Assembly: GCA_053919585.1 (NCBI GenBank)
Contig: CM132808.1
DNA from: Euprymna scolopes
Taxonomy: Eukaryota
DNA length: 64,000 bases
Strand: one strand, 5' to 3'
The position numbers and the translations under genes were made by a program. Shown here piece by piece: positions 23,196-36,995 of the stretch (positions are counted from its first letter, which is position 1; each line of letters begins with the position of its first letter). The notes below the pieces were generated by a model. It was not told the DNA's origin and did not search any database. It was given only the letters and a program-made list of their open reading frames with translations.

Positions 23196-26100
23196 GTTGA
23201 ATTTTAACAAGAGTGTTGTGTCGCTGAAATTATACCCTCGAAAATAAATAAACCGTGTTAGTTCTTATTATCTAACTCACTATTTGCTCAACCGTCACCA
23301 CCGACACACACGGCCAGTTAACTGATCTATGACGTCACGTTAAGTAGTGGCTAGTAGGCAATAGTTGAAACGACCAGAAGTCTCGCAGTACGTCATATTA
23401 TTTTCGGTTTGACTTACCAACTCGATCTAGTTCTTTTTCGAACTGAAAAAAGCGTTAAAATATGTTAAAAATCACAAAACGTGTCCAGGTATGTAGAAGA
23501 GTAACTTATCTTGCCTTTGGTAATATTTATTGGAAGATTTACCATTTTTCCTTTTGTTGGCTTCTCTGTTTAATCCCCAGATTTTCACATATGTCTACCG
23601 GAGAAAGTTTGAAATATCATGTTATTTATTTTTTTATATTTTAAAAATATAAAAACAAATAATTTTTTCATGAGAATTATTTTCAGTCTTTTTTTATAGA
23701 ATAAATACGAGTTGTCATTTAATATTTCCAAATATTTATGTTACGTATATTTATCGTAAGAGACGTACTATCTTGTGAACGAAAACAAAACTGTTACGCG
23801 GAATATAAAAATAAACAATGTCTTATCATCGAGCGTAATAATTTTAACTTCCTTTGTTTCGTTTACGAATATGTAAATCCGTTTTTTATTGGTATATATG
23901 TTGCTGTAAAAAATTATGACAACTAAGTTAGGAAAGTGTGAAAGAAATGATTTATTCCATCGTAGAAAGTTGAACATATGTTATTTATTTTTAGTTTTAA
24001 AAATTATAAAAAATAATTTTTAAATGAGAAGTTCTTTCAAACTGTTCTTTGATAAAAAATATAAGTTTTCAATGAGTATTTCGAAATATTTTAAGGTTAC
24101 ATGTAGTTTTTCAAATAAAACAAAGAAACGAAACTACGATCCATATTAGATTGAAAAATTTAATATTTCTGCTTGTTTGTATTTAAATTATTTATTTGAA
24201 TTTGATTCGTTTAATTTTTATTTTTTGCATTTTATCCTTTTACATATGTATGCATACATATTATATACATGTATATATAGTATATATATNNNNNNNNNNN
24301 NNNNNNNNNNNNNNNNNNNNNNNNNNNNNNNNNNNNNNNNNNNNNNNNNNNNNNNNNNNNNNNNNNNNNNNNNNNNNNNNNNNNNNNNNNNNNNNNNNNN
24401 NNNNNNNNNNNNNNNNNNNNNNNNNNNNNNNNNNNNNNNNNNTATACATATAGATAGATTATATATATATGATATATATATACTGTATATATGTGGTATA
24501 TATATAGTATATATATGGTATATATATTTTAGATACATATACATATACAATGTATATAGTCTATATATTATGTATATATATACTATNNNNNNNNNNNNNN
24601 NNNNNNNNNNNNNNNNNNNNNNNNNNNNNNNNNNNNNNNNNNNNNNNNNNNNNNNNNNNNNNNNNNNNNNNNNNNNNNNNNNNNNNNNNNNNNNNNNNNN
24701 NNNNNNNNNNNNNNNNNNNNNNNNCGTTTTTATTTGAATAAATATGTAAAAATTGCTTTTAAATTATCCACAATATAAATAATAATTAAAAGTTAGTTAT
24801 GGGAATCTCTGATAAATTACGCAGAGATAATATACGATAATTTTGTTTGAATTTTCTCTTTTCTTTTTTTAAATCAATATTTAATAAAGTTAAATATAAG
24901 TATAAATCATATTTGTTATTTTTCTTATTTTTTTTAATAAGCTTTCGTTAATTGTCAGCAGTCTGGCTTCTCCACAGGTCTTGCTTGGTGTGCTTATGCT
25001 GTGTGATGTCATTCTTTTAGTCAACGGGCCTTATCTGTTGGTGGTAACGAAACAATACAGCCCTCTGCAAATAAATTCACAATTTTCATGTGAATCTGGG
25101 CATTTTTTACTAAGAGTAATAATGAAAAATATCAACAGAAATCATATTATTTTTCTGAAAATATTAATGCTTTTTTATCATTTTTTTCTTTTTAAATTCG
25201 TTTTTAATTATCTGTTCCTCTATTGTTTACTTTTATTAGTTTGGTTTTATGCCATGAGTTACTGGCAATTGTTTTCACCATTTTAAAGAATGATTGACAC
25301 TTTCCAATCCCGCCTCTTCCATTTAGTGAAATCATCGAAAACAGTATCGTTCTCGTTAATCTCCTTTTCTGTTTGTGCCTCTCCACCAACGCCAATCAAT
25401 TCTTCTAGTTCCGGATTGTGTACATGTTGTTGCTGACAATTTTGGTGCGTGCCATTCGACACACGGAAATGTTGTCAGCATGTCTGTCAAGGGCGGACGG
25501 CCAATCAATGCGTAGTAGCCATGCTGATATGCACGATTGGGAAAATGTTTTTTTTTCACATTTCATCAAATCAGAACTAAATTTCATTATAATTTCAATT
25601 ATGAAGTATTTCAAAATGGCGAAAATAATCTATAGATTAAAAGATGAAAACAAAGGCATAAATAAATAAGCTTCTAATTAGTAAGGCATATTTGATTTTT
25701 AAAATATCATGAAATAATTTATTATCAGTATAATTTCTTTTCCGAAAGCGGGTGAGGAAAACGCAACTACCCGGGATCAAGAATGGATATGAACTAGTAA
25801 TATTTATTTTAATTAAACAATTTATATAATAAAAGCGATGAAGCAGATAGTTATATATGCCTAAATATTTGTACAAAACACTGTCTGTACCGAAAATCTT
25901 AAATCTTTGAATAATATTCTTTATTTTAACGAAAATGTGTTTATTATATGTTAAATTAAAGATTGATGAAAATGAAAATATATTATAAAACTTAACACAA
26001 AATTAGTACATCTTCTAATTTCAATCGTATTCTTTCAAAAATGTGAACAAGTTAATTTATATATGAGAGGGTAAATTCCAAATTCAAACGAAGCTGTACT

Positions 26101-28112
26101 TCGGTATTAAAGTATGAAGTATTTGGTGTTTTTTTTTGTTTTGTTTGAAATCGATATAAATTCTTTTTCAGAAAGTGCATTTTCTGAACCGAAATAGTAT
26201 AGTTCCGGATTCAGGAAGATACATAGATAATATAATAATAATAGGGAGGTTGGAATTAGAAATACAAATAGAGTTTTGGCTTCGAATAGACCAGTGCATA
26301 TACTTTATTGTTAATATGTATTTGGTTTTCTAATCCAGCAGTATATGGTCTCTCTGTTTTTTTTTAAAAATAAACGCGTTTCTTGTAGACGTAACTAGAA
26401 TTCTGTAAGGGTAACTGGATGTATCTATCGTACGTTGCAACAACGATTTCAAAACAGTTACAGACACAATTTGAAAATCGATAAATGTTATCTAATATTT
26501 TTCAATGTTCAAGTGATTTCTCAGTTTTCCCAAGCCTAGATTATTTGGAAAGGTTTAGCATATTAATCTTACGAAATCATCAGGTTACTTTTTGATGAAT
26601 CATGAAACATTATCACGTGACATTAAAGAATGGCATTCATTTATTAAAAAAATATTAGCATTTATTATAGCAATTCGTTACACACCAAATAAATATTTGG
26701 AGCATTTCACTGTCTCTTATTTTTTTCCCAGAATTGGTTCCCCCAATTCAGACTGACTCTTGGTTTAAACAGACATTTCATAATCAGCATAATAAGTATA
26801 AGTCAGTTATTGGACTGCATACTACTGCCTAACAACGTAAGTTGAAGTTCTGTAAAAATATCACGATTGAGCAAAATTTTCCAAGTCATATAAGTTTCGA
26901 GCTTTCATTGCCTAAAATATAGGGCAAGTTGTGAGTCTATGCTAAAGAGAATCATAAGTTTTATCAAAGGTGTGCGTTTTTAAAATTTTCTCGATCATTG
27001 TCCTTGTTATCTTAAATGAACTTAGTTCTTAAACCATGACTGGTATTTTGGCTGAGTTTAGTGATGATTGTTTAAGCGATATGGACGCTAGGTTGCACAA
27101 GTAATCGAATGAACATAGTAAAAATTTGACTGAATCGACAGAATACATAATCGTATTGGCAGAGGTAAAACTTTTTATCTTACATGAATGTCTATATGCC
27201 TCTTTAATAACCCTATTCAGGAATATCGCAGCAAAGAAACCACAGAAGAATTCATATGTGTTCTGCTAAATTATATATAAAAACTGTGCTCAAGTCCTTT
27301 TATTTTTTTAAATTTAGTATAAAAAATGACACAAAATGGTTATGTCTCCGGCATTGTAATTTAATTTAAATTTATCATAATTTATATTTAGTATTCTATT
27401 AATCGGACTACTGGAGATCATGTTGTATGTTATAATGACGTTTCATCCGATCTAACCTGCAACTCTTTTCCGGTGTATCCTGACAATCTCTAGAATTTTT
27501 CTGTCGAACTTTACGGAATTTCGAGTAGAACTTTGAATTTATTTCAAAATGGTCGATTGCTCTTATAAAATTAACACCCAAGATGAGAATAGTAGCACTG
27601 ATAATCCACATTAATTACCCTCATGTAAAAAAATCCAGAAAAATAATTAGAATTTCCCATTATTTTACACCCGAGATCTCAAACGCACTTTACTCAAACT
27701 TTTGGTGCAATTCTAATGATTATTCTTGTGGCGGGAAAGAGCTTTAAATATAAATGATAATTTTTATTTACATTTATTTTTCTCATTTGGAAATGTTATC
27801 TTTTTACTCACTTTTTCTTGTTTGGCAATTTGGAAACGTTTCTAAATGCATAAAACTCATTGACTACTAAATTTTCTTACCGGACCATAAAATAAATGGC
27901 TCATCCTCTGCACATCACAACATGCTCATCTTCAAATATAGATTCTTGTCATATACCTGAAATAATCAAACTAAGTTCATTCCATAAAATATTTTCAATT
28001 CTTCTATAATACATAGATGCCCATATAAAAATAGTCCAAAAATATAGTAGAAAGGAGAAACATTATTTTATTGTTTAAATTACTTGTAGCATTATTTAAA
28101 TTACCTGTAGTG

Positions 28113-28515
28113 TTATAAAAGATGCCGGAACTCCCCTCGTTGACATCTATGCATTTCTGAGCATGTTTAACAACGTTTGAAGATAATTCTTGTAGATCTT
28201 CTTCTGGTGATTCTCCTAATAGCGTTGGTAGTGTTCTCCTTACGTTGGTTTAAATTTTTAGGATTATTAGCATAAACTTTTTGTTTTAAAGTCTCCCAAA
28301 GATAAAATCACATGATGACAAGTCCGGGGAACGTGAAGGCCATAACCCTTACTCTCTTCCGTTAACATGTCATAAACAAATGTCAATGATCTGTGAGACG
28401 TATGAAATGTAGCGCGATCTTGTTAGGAAAAGAATTGCATTTTGTCTTGTGGTGTCAGTTGGTCATTAAGAGAAAGATTAGAGTGAGCGGGCTACTTAAA
28501 GTGGGCTATCCTGTA
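28113..28515 (-). mobile_element. Tc1/mariner (maT/DD37D-like) transposase remnant, internally deleted
   Basis: GLWPSRSPDLSSCDF...LKQKVYANNPKNLNQ...KCIDVN..FRHLL*. Possible terminus TACAGGATAGCCC at 28515. Confidence 0.75.
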
Positions 28516-30339
28516 TTTTTAATCTTTTCATTTCATTAACTCTCGTCTTTGAGTTGCTTTTAACCTTGATAATGGATGACTCATCAGTTATTAGCTATTC
28601 CACATTGAAGGATTCATCACGTCAAATAACTATTTTCAGCAAATTTTGGTTGCAAGTTTATTACATCCTTGATGAGATTATCTCACCTAGATTAACGATT
28701 CTCATTATATGCTCGGCTAAATTATTAAAGAACCAGCATCCCATCTTCTTGAGCTCTTCGTCGCACATTCAATTTTAATCATTTTTATGTAGAAATTCCG
28801 CGTCTGATATACAAATTAAATTACGCCCATGCTTATCATATTCGGTGCTATATCCGTCTATATCCCACAGAAACCTATTAATTAGATCCAGCTTCCGGAT
28901 GATAATTTTCATAGCTAACATTTTATCATTATCAACAAATGATAATGACCATGTTAATGCAATTGATGTTTATATCAACCTCCAAAAAATGAAGGAAGAC
29001 GAAGTATTTGTTTACACTAGTTATGACTCTAACAAACAGTTAAACAAACACCTAGTTTCAAAATATTTTCCCCAACTACTTTTCCTTTATACTGTTTCAT
29101 ACTCGCTTCAAGAGTAGTTTTAGTACAATACCTGGGTCCGTAAATTTCCATCTTTATTTAGGTTCTAACACTTTATAGCTAGTACGAATAAAAATATTTG
29201 TGACGTTTTTTAAAAATAAATCCGGTACTTAATATTTTATGATTCAGTAAGCTATTGTGAATAATAAAGTTACGTATTGTTTTTATTATCTAAATTTTTG
29301 GAATTAATACGTAAAAATAATCCACCTCGAACTAACTCCGAATTCACGTTATGTCTACATTTTGTAGATTATTTAAGAATTTTTTTAATGTTACTATACT
29401 ATATTAATTGCTACAAATACGCCAGAATGTTTTCATAATTGTATATAAGTTTGTGCAGAAGAATGTAAATTAAAAAAAATATATTTATTAAACAAAATAA
29501 GATGATCGTTTAGACAGAATGACCAAATATGAGTTGTGTTAGGGAAAGATCACGGCGAAAAATCGATTCACGTCAGATTATCGAAGTAAAGCGATGTTTA
29601 TTTTAGTAAATAGTTAAATGGGGTACTTTCAGGATACTAGGACCGTAAGCAAATTGCAACTTTATAATCAAAGCATATTTTAATATCGATTCACGACACG
29701 GCAACAGTAAGCATTTAATTGCATATATCTTAAGAATATCCATAGTTATTAGCTACAGAAAATGAAAACAATATTTTTATAGCTTTCCGGAACATTAGCT
29801 AAGTCAAAAACTATTAAATTACACTGAAAATAAGGTATGCTTTAAATATGAGCATCCTACCTTTATTTTGTCAATCTTTTTCCTCACTGTCTTTCTATTT
29901 GCGGCTTTTACTTGCCAGAAGGGGAAAAAGTAGAACATGTCCATGGTTTCTCTACAAATGCTTTATATTGACCTCATTGAAATGAGTTCATGAAAAAACT
30001 TCCTTTTTTTTTTAAAAAATCTTCTTTCTATAAAGATATGCAGAAGCGAGGAAATTGTCAGTTTTAAACAGGAAAGCAATTTATTTTCGAAAAGATTAAT
30101 GACCTACCTTCGCCATGTTAGTTTGTTTTAAGTTAACTATCTACTTGCCAAAACTTTCGAAGAAATAAAATACGTTTTTATTTCTTTTTAAGAATTCCAA
30201 TATGGCCTTGATTTTTGTCCCAAACTTGGCAAGTATGGCACAGGGCAAAGCTTGTTGTGAGGATTCACAACAACCAAGATGTAAAAATTGGTGACAAGAC
30301 AGATTTCAACATGGCTCTTGCTTTAAAACAATTTGGGGG

Positions 30340-31456
30340 AAAATTCGACTTTATGCATTAGCATAATTTCCTTTTAAGCTGCTACGCTGATTTCAACGTT
30401 TTTCTAAAACTCGGTGTTTTTTGCCAGACAATGTGTCTTTTGTCTAAAAATACGCCCCAGTTTCTAAGGTCACTTTTTCATTGGAGAAAAATCTCCTCTA
30501 AAACATTCTTTCGAGGTCTTCAAAAAGATAATACCAATAGTAGTTGGGTGCTGAATCTTAATGCGCAAGCGAGTCGTAATGCAATTTATGTGGGTTTGTC
30601 ATCGTTGAGATAAACTTGTGTCACTGTGCATTGTCTACTTAAAGGAGCAGATTTTCTTCTTTATTTGTATCCAGTTTCATTCTTTAAACTTTCCAATAAT
30701 GCCATATAATATTCACTATTAATGGTTCGTCTCATATCAAGTGAACTGATATGCAAAACATCTTGCATATCCATAAATAAAAAGACTTTGACTCCTGATA
30801 TTTTCATTTTTTATCGCTGTGGGTGTCTTTCAGGTGTTATAAACGATTTAACTCGGAAATGAAATGGTAGATATATCACTCATTGTGATATACTGTTGCA
30901 AAAATTCATTTTGTTTTCATTTAAACAGCAAGAAACGGTGTCCCAGGTTATCGACGCGTTGTTGGTTTTAATCGACTATGATAAAACGCAGCGCCCAATT
31001 TGAACACACCTTTCTCGCTAACAACTGTATATGTAAAAAAGTGAATATACTTATTCTGATATATTTACCTTCTCTGCTATCTTATAATTTACAACCAGCT
31101 AAGATTCTGGATTGTTTTGATGTTTTCCGTAACAACCATCGCATTTTTACTAACTGAGCGTTCAGTATCATTAATGTCTGTATAATCACGTTTAATGTCA
31201 GCATACCAGATCTAAATGATTATTTCCAACTGAGAAGAGTAAAAATAACAATTATCACGCATTCACTTTGTTTTAATAGTATTTTTACCATCAGAAAGTA
31301 ATCTTTTATCAACAAAAGATATTCAAATTTTTTCAACTGTTTAGAAAATTTGCAACAGTAGTTCAACATACATAGCTGTAGTTAAAAACTTATAATCCGA
31401 TTCGGCTCAGATTTTGACGCGTGCTATTTGAAGATAAATACTTTACAACATCATAT
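30340..31456 (-). mobile_element. Decayed mariner (irritans/Himar1-like) element
   Basis: LIKDYFLMVK, WYADIKRDYTDINDTER, EFLQQYITM..YHFISELNR, C-terminal AYF...LEKR. Many stops and frameshifts. Confidence 0.8.
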
Positions 31457-31476
31457 TATTTTTGATTAGGCAAGCT

Positions 31477-31537
<61 letters not shown>

Positions 31538-31540
<3 letters not shown>

Positions 31541-31853
31541 CCCGAGCATATGGATGTGTATCGGTCAGTATAAAAATAGGTAATCATAATTGTAGGTATA
31601 TGTGCTCCCTGTTAATCACGACATTGTTTCCAGTCGTTCTGGAATTCTCCTTGTCACTGGCTGAAGCAGTGCCAATTCAGGAGGGGTTTGGTTAGAGATT
31701 ATCGAATGGATTGGGCCCTTGCTAATGAAGCCAGAGATGGCTTCTGTTGTCAGGTTCGAATCTATCGACTGGTGTTAATCGTGACACCCTGCACTCATGA
31801 TTCCCGAAAGGGCAAAACACTGGTATCTGTAGGTATTTAATAATTACCATAGT

Positions 31854-31855
<2 letters not shown>
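31538..31855 (+). mobile_element. (TA)n-flanked small element: Pol III B box followed by a decayed HHR
   Basis: GGTTCGAATCT at 31753, then cctgca-CTCATGA-ttccc gaaa gggc-AAAA-c actggt ATC-tgtagg (31788-31833). Stem I (cctgca/tgtagg) is intact and the core has two substitutions. Confidence 0.55.
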
Positions 31856-31886
<31 letters not shown>

Positions 31887-32175
31887 CCTTAATTGGAATT
31901 CATTTCGAGATGAGCATTATATATATTAATTTATTTTTATTTCGGACTACTATTCTCATCTTTATTAGTTGTTGTTTTTCATCTTTTATTGGTTTGTTTA
32001 TTCACAATGTTTCGGCCAACTAATTCCTCTGGCCTTTGTCAGGTGGTAACCGCGACGGATAGGAACTTCCAATCTCCTAACTGCATTCTCAGCCATCACT
32101 GCCATCCGTAGTTGTTGTCGTCTCACCACATTTTTGGCCAAGTAAACCTCTGGCACGCTTTGGGTGGGATTGAAA

Positions 32176-32320
32176 CCGCTATCTTCAGACAATGTTCATC
32201 TGGAACTGTAGAGATTAAACGTCTCTATCAACTGCGCCACGGGCCCCGAAGGGCGATCAAGGTTGGATTCTTTGATCTTATAAATCTACGTTTATTTGTT
32301 ATCGGTTTCAGCGGTTATAA
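32176..32320 (-). ncRNA. Circularly permuted HHR monomer (retrozyme-like)
   Basis: The minus strand ends ...ttgt-CTGAAGA-t-agcgg and begins ttataa-ccgct-GAAA-ccgATA-acaa. Joining end to start gives a complete type-I HHR. Confidence 0.7.
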
Positions 32321-32453
32321 CGGTTTCAATCCCACCCAAAGCGTGCCAGAAGTTTACTTGGCCAAAAATGTGGTTAGACGACAACAACTACGGATGGCAG
32401 TGATGGCTGAGAATGCAGTTAGGAGATTAGAAGTTCTTATCCGTCGCAGTTAC

Positions 32454-32496
32454 CACCTGACGAAGGCCAGAGGAATTAGTTGGCCGAAACGTTGTG
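32454..32496 (+). ncRNA. Minimal type-I hammerhead ribozyme
   Basis: cac-CTGACGA-a-ggcca..tggcc-GAAA-c-GTT-gtg with palindromic stem III AACGTT. The mirror copy at about 32003-32045 has CTGACAA and GAAACATT (CpG-type changes). Confidence 0.75.
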
Positions 32497-32568
32497 AATA
32501 AACAAACCAATAAAAGATGAAAAACAGCAACTAATAAAGATGAGAATAGTAGTCCGAAATAAAAATAA

Positions 32569-32614
<46 letters not shown>

Positions 32615-35479
32615 GCATACATATATATCAATGATACGTCTCTACAGAAAAATTGTTAACAGCAGTTAGTATGATATTTTTATTTCATGGCATATCAACT
32701 CTGTTGGTATCATTTAATTGAGTGTACGAATAACTCCGTATACCTGCAAATCAAACTGATCCGAGCTGCAGAGACAGAACAGTTCACATAACCGGCTGTC
32801 AACCCAGTAGATCCGAACACTTATTATCTACATTATTACTCTACAACGCTTATCAAACTAACAATAATAACGATGACAACATTCCTATAAAATCCAACAC
32901 TAAAGTATCATTGATTCAACATAGTAATGTCAAGCTATCCGGCTTATAAAGTTCGTGTGTAAATTAAGGGAAGGCAACATTAGTTTTTCGTTTTTTTTAT
33001 TGTATTTGTTTCTGTTATTACAAAGATGCATCATACACAAGATGACTAATTCATGCAGTGATGATTATGTTGTGTTCACGAATATGCACACGCCAATCAT
33101 TCGCGCGTTCCGGGTCAAATGTACTCATATTTCATATAAACCTTGTTTCTCTGGACCCCAGTGGTAAAATCTTTGCAGTATTGCACGTATAACAAATAGC
33201 TCCCAACCACAAAGATGTCATTTTGCAAACCAAACAATTTTAAAACACCATCTTCATAAAGGTCTTTATGCAAAAGTTCGATTCGCCTACTCAAAAGAAA
33301 AAAACCCCCAAAAACCAAACAAAAACAAACCCAAAATGGCGCCAAAGCAATTAGCTGTAAATTTTTAAATAAACCTTCAATTTAACAGTTACATGAATAT
33401 ATGCCAAAAATAAACGGAGTACATGCAAAGTTGACAATTACATGAATGCATCGGTATTACTACAGCGGCCAGATTATTGAATTACATCTTTTTTCTGCTG
33501 TGTTTTTCCTAAATGATCATAATATGTAAATGCCTCGAAATGCATTGCGATTTCTGAAAAAAATGTCCGATGGAATGTTCGTTTCTTGTGTGATAACTAC
33601 TTCCGCAAATATCAATTATTATGTAATCGTCTTTATTCTCCCCACGGAAATCATTCTGAGGTATTTCTTCATAAAGTCACGGGAATTGACAATCGTTAAC
33701 ATATCTAAAATAGAGCCTAAAGTTTTCTTGTTGTCTATGACCGTTTACTTTGTGCAGCAAACTTCGGCAATTTCCGGTATTTTCTGTGGGTCGCACGACA
33801 TGTCTCTGTAGACTGAATGGTGGTCAGCTGCAATTAAGCTCGATAATCTTGACAAAACCCCAACAAAGAATATATTGACTTATTGACAGACGATCGACGT
33901 AGGTTGGTCCTACTTGTAGAAGTCAGGTGAAATAACGGCAATATGATGAGTGAATGCGAGAGACGCTGAGATTCAATGAAAATGGTTAAAGAGGTCTCAA
34001 TAGAGAAAGCGTCTTGATGCGATGACAGCACGCACTGATTGCTGTCAAAATCTTAGGACAGCGTCTCGTTTCTTTTTCTTGACCAACTTTTGTTTTATTC
34101 TTATTTTTCTTTGTTGTCTATCTTTTCTTCTACTGGGTTATTTCTATTTTCATTCATCAATTGTAATAACTTTTACTTTTTTTCTTTCGTTAACTTAGTT
34201 TTTTTATTGCATTTTGTGCACTGAAGAATAACAATTCGCTGTTTCTCTATTTTCTTTTTTCTTTTCTTTTTTATGGTTAACGACAATTTTTGCTAGGTCA
34301 AATAAATAAATCAGGTCTATATATTTAATCTATCATATCTAAGTTTATGAATTTCTTACGTTTTTCAAATTCTTTTTCATTTTTTTCATATATTTTTCGC
34401 ATTCTTTTCTTTCGAAAATTTCTACAAACGTTTCTGTATTTTCATTTTCGTGTTTAATTATACCTCACATTCATTCGATTCTTTTTTTCATTAGTGTTTT
34501 TCACCGAGTTTTTTTTTACATATTTTTCAAATATTGTTTTAATGTTTTTACATTATTTAAAAAAATGATTCTTCCTTTTCTCCTTCATCATTAAATCCGT
34601 TTTTCTTTTCCTTTCGGTCGTCGTAAATAAACACACATTTGCAGCATTTTAATTCAATTACATTTCCGTTCCATCGTATCTCAGCAACCATTGACTTTAT
34701 ACCAACTTCAGATACGATCCACATGTTTGGAATCGTTTCGAATTAACGATTATATTTTTGTACACCAGTAAAAAAGTTATGGTGTTCTTTTAGAGTTTGT
34801 CTATTTGTATGCAAACAGATTTGTTGACAATACTACACTTTATAAAAGCAGAGGATTTTACGACAGAAATTCCCTTAAATCGAAGCTCACGTAAATTTAA
34901 AGTTTTTAAAATTTGATACATGTTTAATAATTTTTAAGAAATTAAGATAATACAACAACAGGAAATCCAATGTTTTGTTTATTTCATTCGGGTTTCGTAA
35001 ATCCTTCGTATAATTTATGCCAATATGAGTTTTATAGTTACTGACGCTCCAAATAAACTGCCCCGTTCAAGTATTAATGGATCAATTGTGTTCATTGAAC
35101 GAGAGAAACAATATAAAACAAATATGTTTTTTACAATATGCAAAATGGGAAATATTCAGTCAATTAATCATACCTAGGTCATGTGTCCTAGGTCCTCATA
35201 CTGCATGATTCATACGAGACATTTATTTATTTGTTCGTTTGTACATTTTGCTTCAAACTATCCATGCCTATTTTCATCTAATTATTTTTTGTTTGCATTT
35301 GAAAATAAATTAACAATTGTTTATAAGAGCTTCTAGAAATTAATTGTGCACGTTTCGCGTTACGATGAGAATTTAAAAATATTTTTATATTGCATATTCA
35401 CCCCAAACAAGACACAGTGCCGTTTGGATGAAGGGGCTACAATCTAGGAAATAATTGTAGGAATACTATGTAGGAAGTT

Positions 35480-36870
35480 TAGCAGCAAGAAAACTGTTTG
35501 CATCATACGTGGATTTTTGCATGTCAGTCGGGGAAAAAGGAACCCGGAAGTGAATTCCAAAGTTTAGTTGTTCTGGGGAAAAAGTATTAGAGTAGAAGAC
35601 TTTCTGGCTTTCTGGCATCTATAGATCTCTACTGTGTACGGATGCTATCGAGGTATTTATGTCGAGGGGTGCAAAGGCTTGTTGTTCGTTGGAGCATCTA
35701 CTTGGAAAACAGGCAGAAGGATGCAACATTTCATCGATGGGACTGAAGCCTACCTGACAGTTCGGGACCAATTAAGTTAGCCACTATCTTTTTAACCCTG
35801 CCCAAGAGTGAGAGACTCGTAGCAGATGCATCAGCCCAAATGTAACAACAATACTCCATACATAGTCGAATGGTGTCTTTGTAGAAGTAAATGATACTTT
35901 CATGCGTAACTTTCTGGCACAGTAGAGAACGCCTACCTCCCTTATAGCAGCCGTGGTATTGCTCTAGATATTCTCCATGAACGTTAAACCGAGAGGTTTG
36001 AATGTATCACTAACCATAGCTATTGATGATTGAGAAGGTCTTTTGTAAATATGAAAGGAAAAAAGCTTAGTCTTGGCAGCATTGAATGCTACCATCAATT
36101 TTTGTCCCCCTTTCACTACAGACCTTACTCTAGGGTTTCCGCTAGTTTTATTAGAATATAAGTTCATTCGTTTTCCACTCGTGCCTGTTATAGAGCTTTG
36201 TGTCATCAGCAAATATACCCATCTCAGAAACAATTTTATCAGAGAGGTCATTTATGAATATCAGGAATAGTAAAAATCCAATGGTCGACTCCTGAGGTAC
36301 ACGCGTAGTTATATCGTGCCATACCTTGTCAAACGTCTTAAATCTATTTAGGACTACTGTCATAAACTCGCCTGCTTTACCCAGTATATACATTCAGAGA
36401 TTACAGTTAGGATATCTACAGTAGAACGGGCTTGCCTAAGTCCATATTGTTGATCGGACAGTGGTTTAGCAACTATAAGGTGATGAACTAGAGCTTCATT
36501 AGTTATTGACTCAAATATTTTGTCGAAAAGAGGGAGAAGGCTAATGGAGCAATAATTTAATGGGTCAGTTCATTCTTGTAAACTGGTATCATGGAAGCAG
36601 TTTTTCAGCAGTCAGGAAAACAAGATTCGTTAATGCATTTGTTGAAAAGTTTGGAGTTGACTGGAGCAATTACAGCGAGCAGGTTTTTTGATAGTACAGC
36701 CAAGATGAGATCGAGTCCACATGCTTTTGAGGTGTCTAGTTTTTTTATGCTAGCATACCCTTGAGAAGGAGTGATTTTAAGATCATCTAGTGCAGTGTCT
36801 GTCCGCAAAGGAAAATCAGGGAGGGAGTGGTTTGCTGAGCCTAATAGAGAGTTTGAAGCAAGACTGGCAA
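35480..36870 (-). mobile_element. Decayed CR1-type LINE RT region
   Basis: KKLDTSKACGLDLI...SKLFNKCINESCFPDC; FKTFDKVWH; VPQESTIGFLLFLIFINDL...IFADDTKLY; FNAAKTKL. Confidence 0.85.
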
Positions 36871-36995
36871 GAATTGCTAAAATGTAGGTGAAAATAGACG
36901 GAATTAAATCCTAAACATTTTTACAAGTGAAAAACATTCATTTAAAGTTAATGTTAGTGAACATATGCTCCGTTTGGTTCCATATTTTGGCTAGT

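Larger units (their letters stand above)
31928..32571. mobile_element. Composite palindrome: two 251-bp HHR-bearing arms around a 145-bp permuted HHR monomer
   Basis: Arms 31928-32178 and 32321-32571 are near-perfect reverse complements. Flanked by TA tracts. Confidence 0.9.

Noticed and set aside
31998-32501. Mirror ORFs ending KARGISWPK(H/R)CE
   Set aside because: By-product of the inverted repeat; no recognisable domain.
32801-32822. aacccagtagatccgaacactt resembles miR-100/miR-10
   Set aside because: The seed differs and no complementary star arm or pre-miRNA hairpin is present. The reverse strand looks like a SINE B box.
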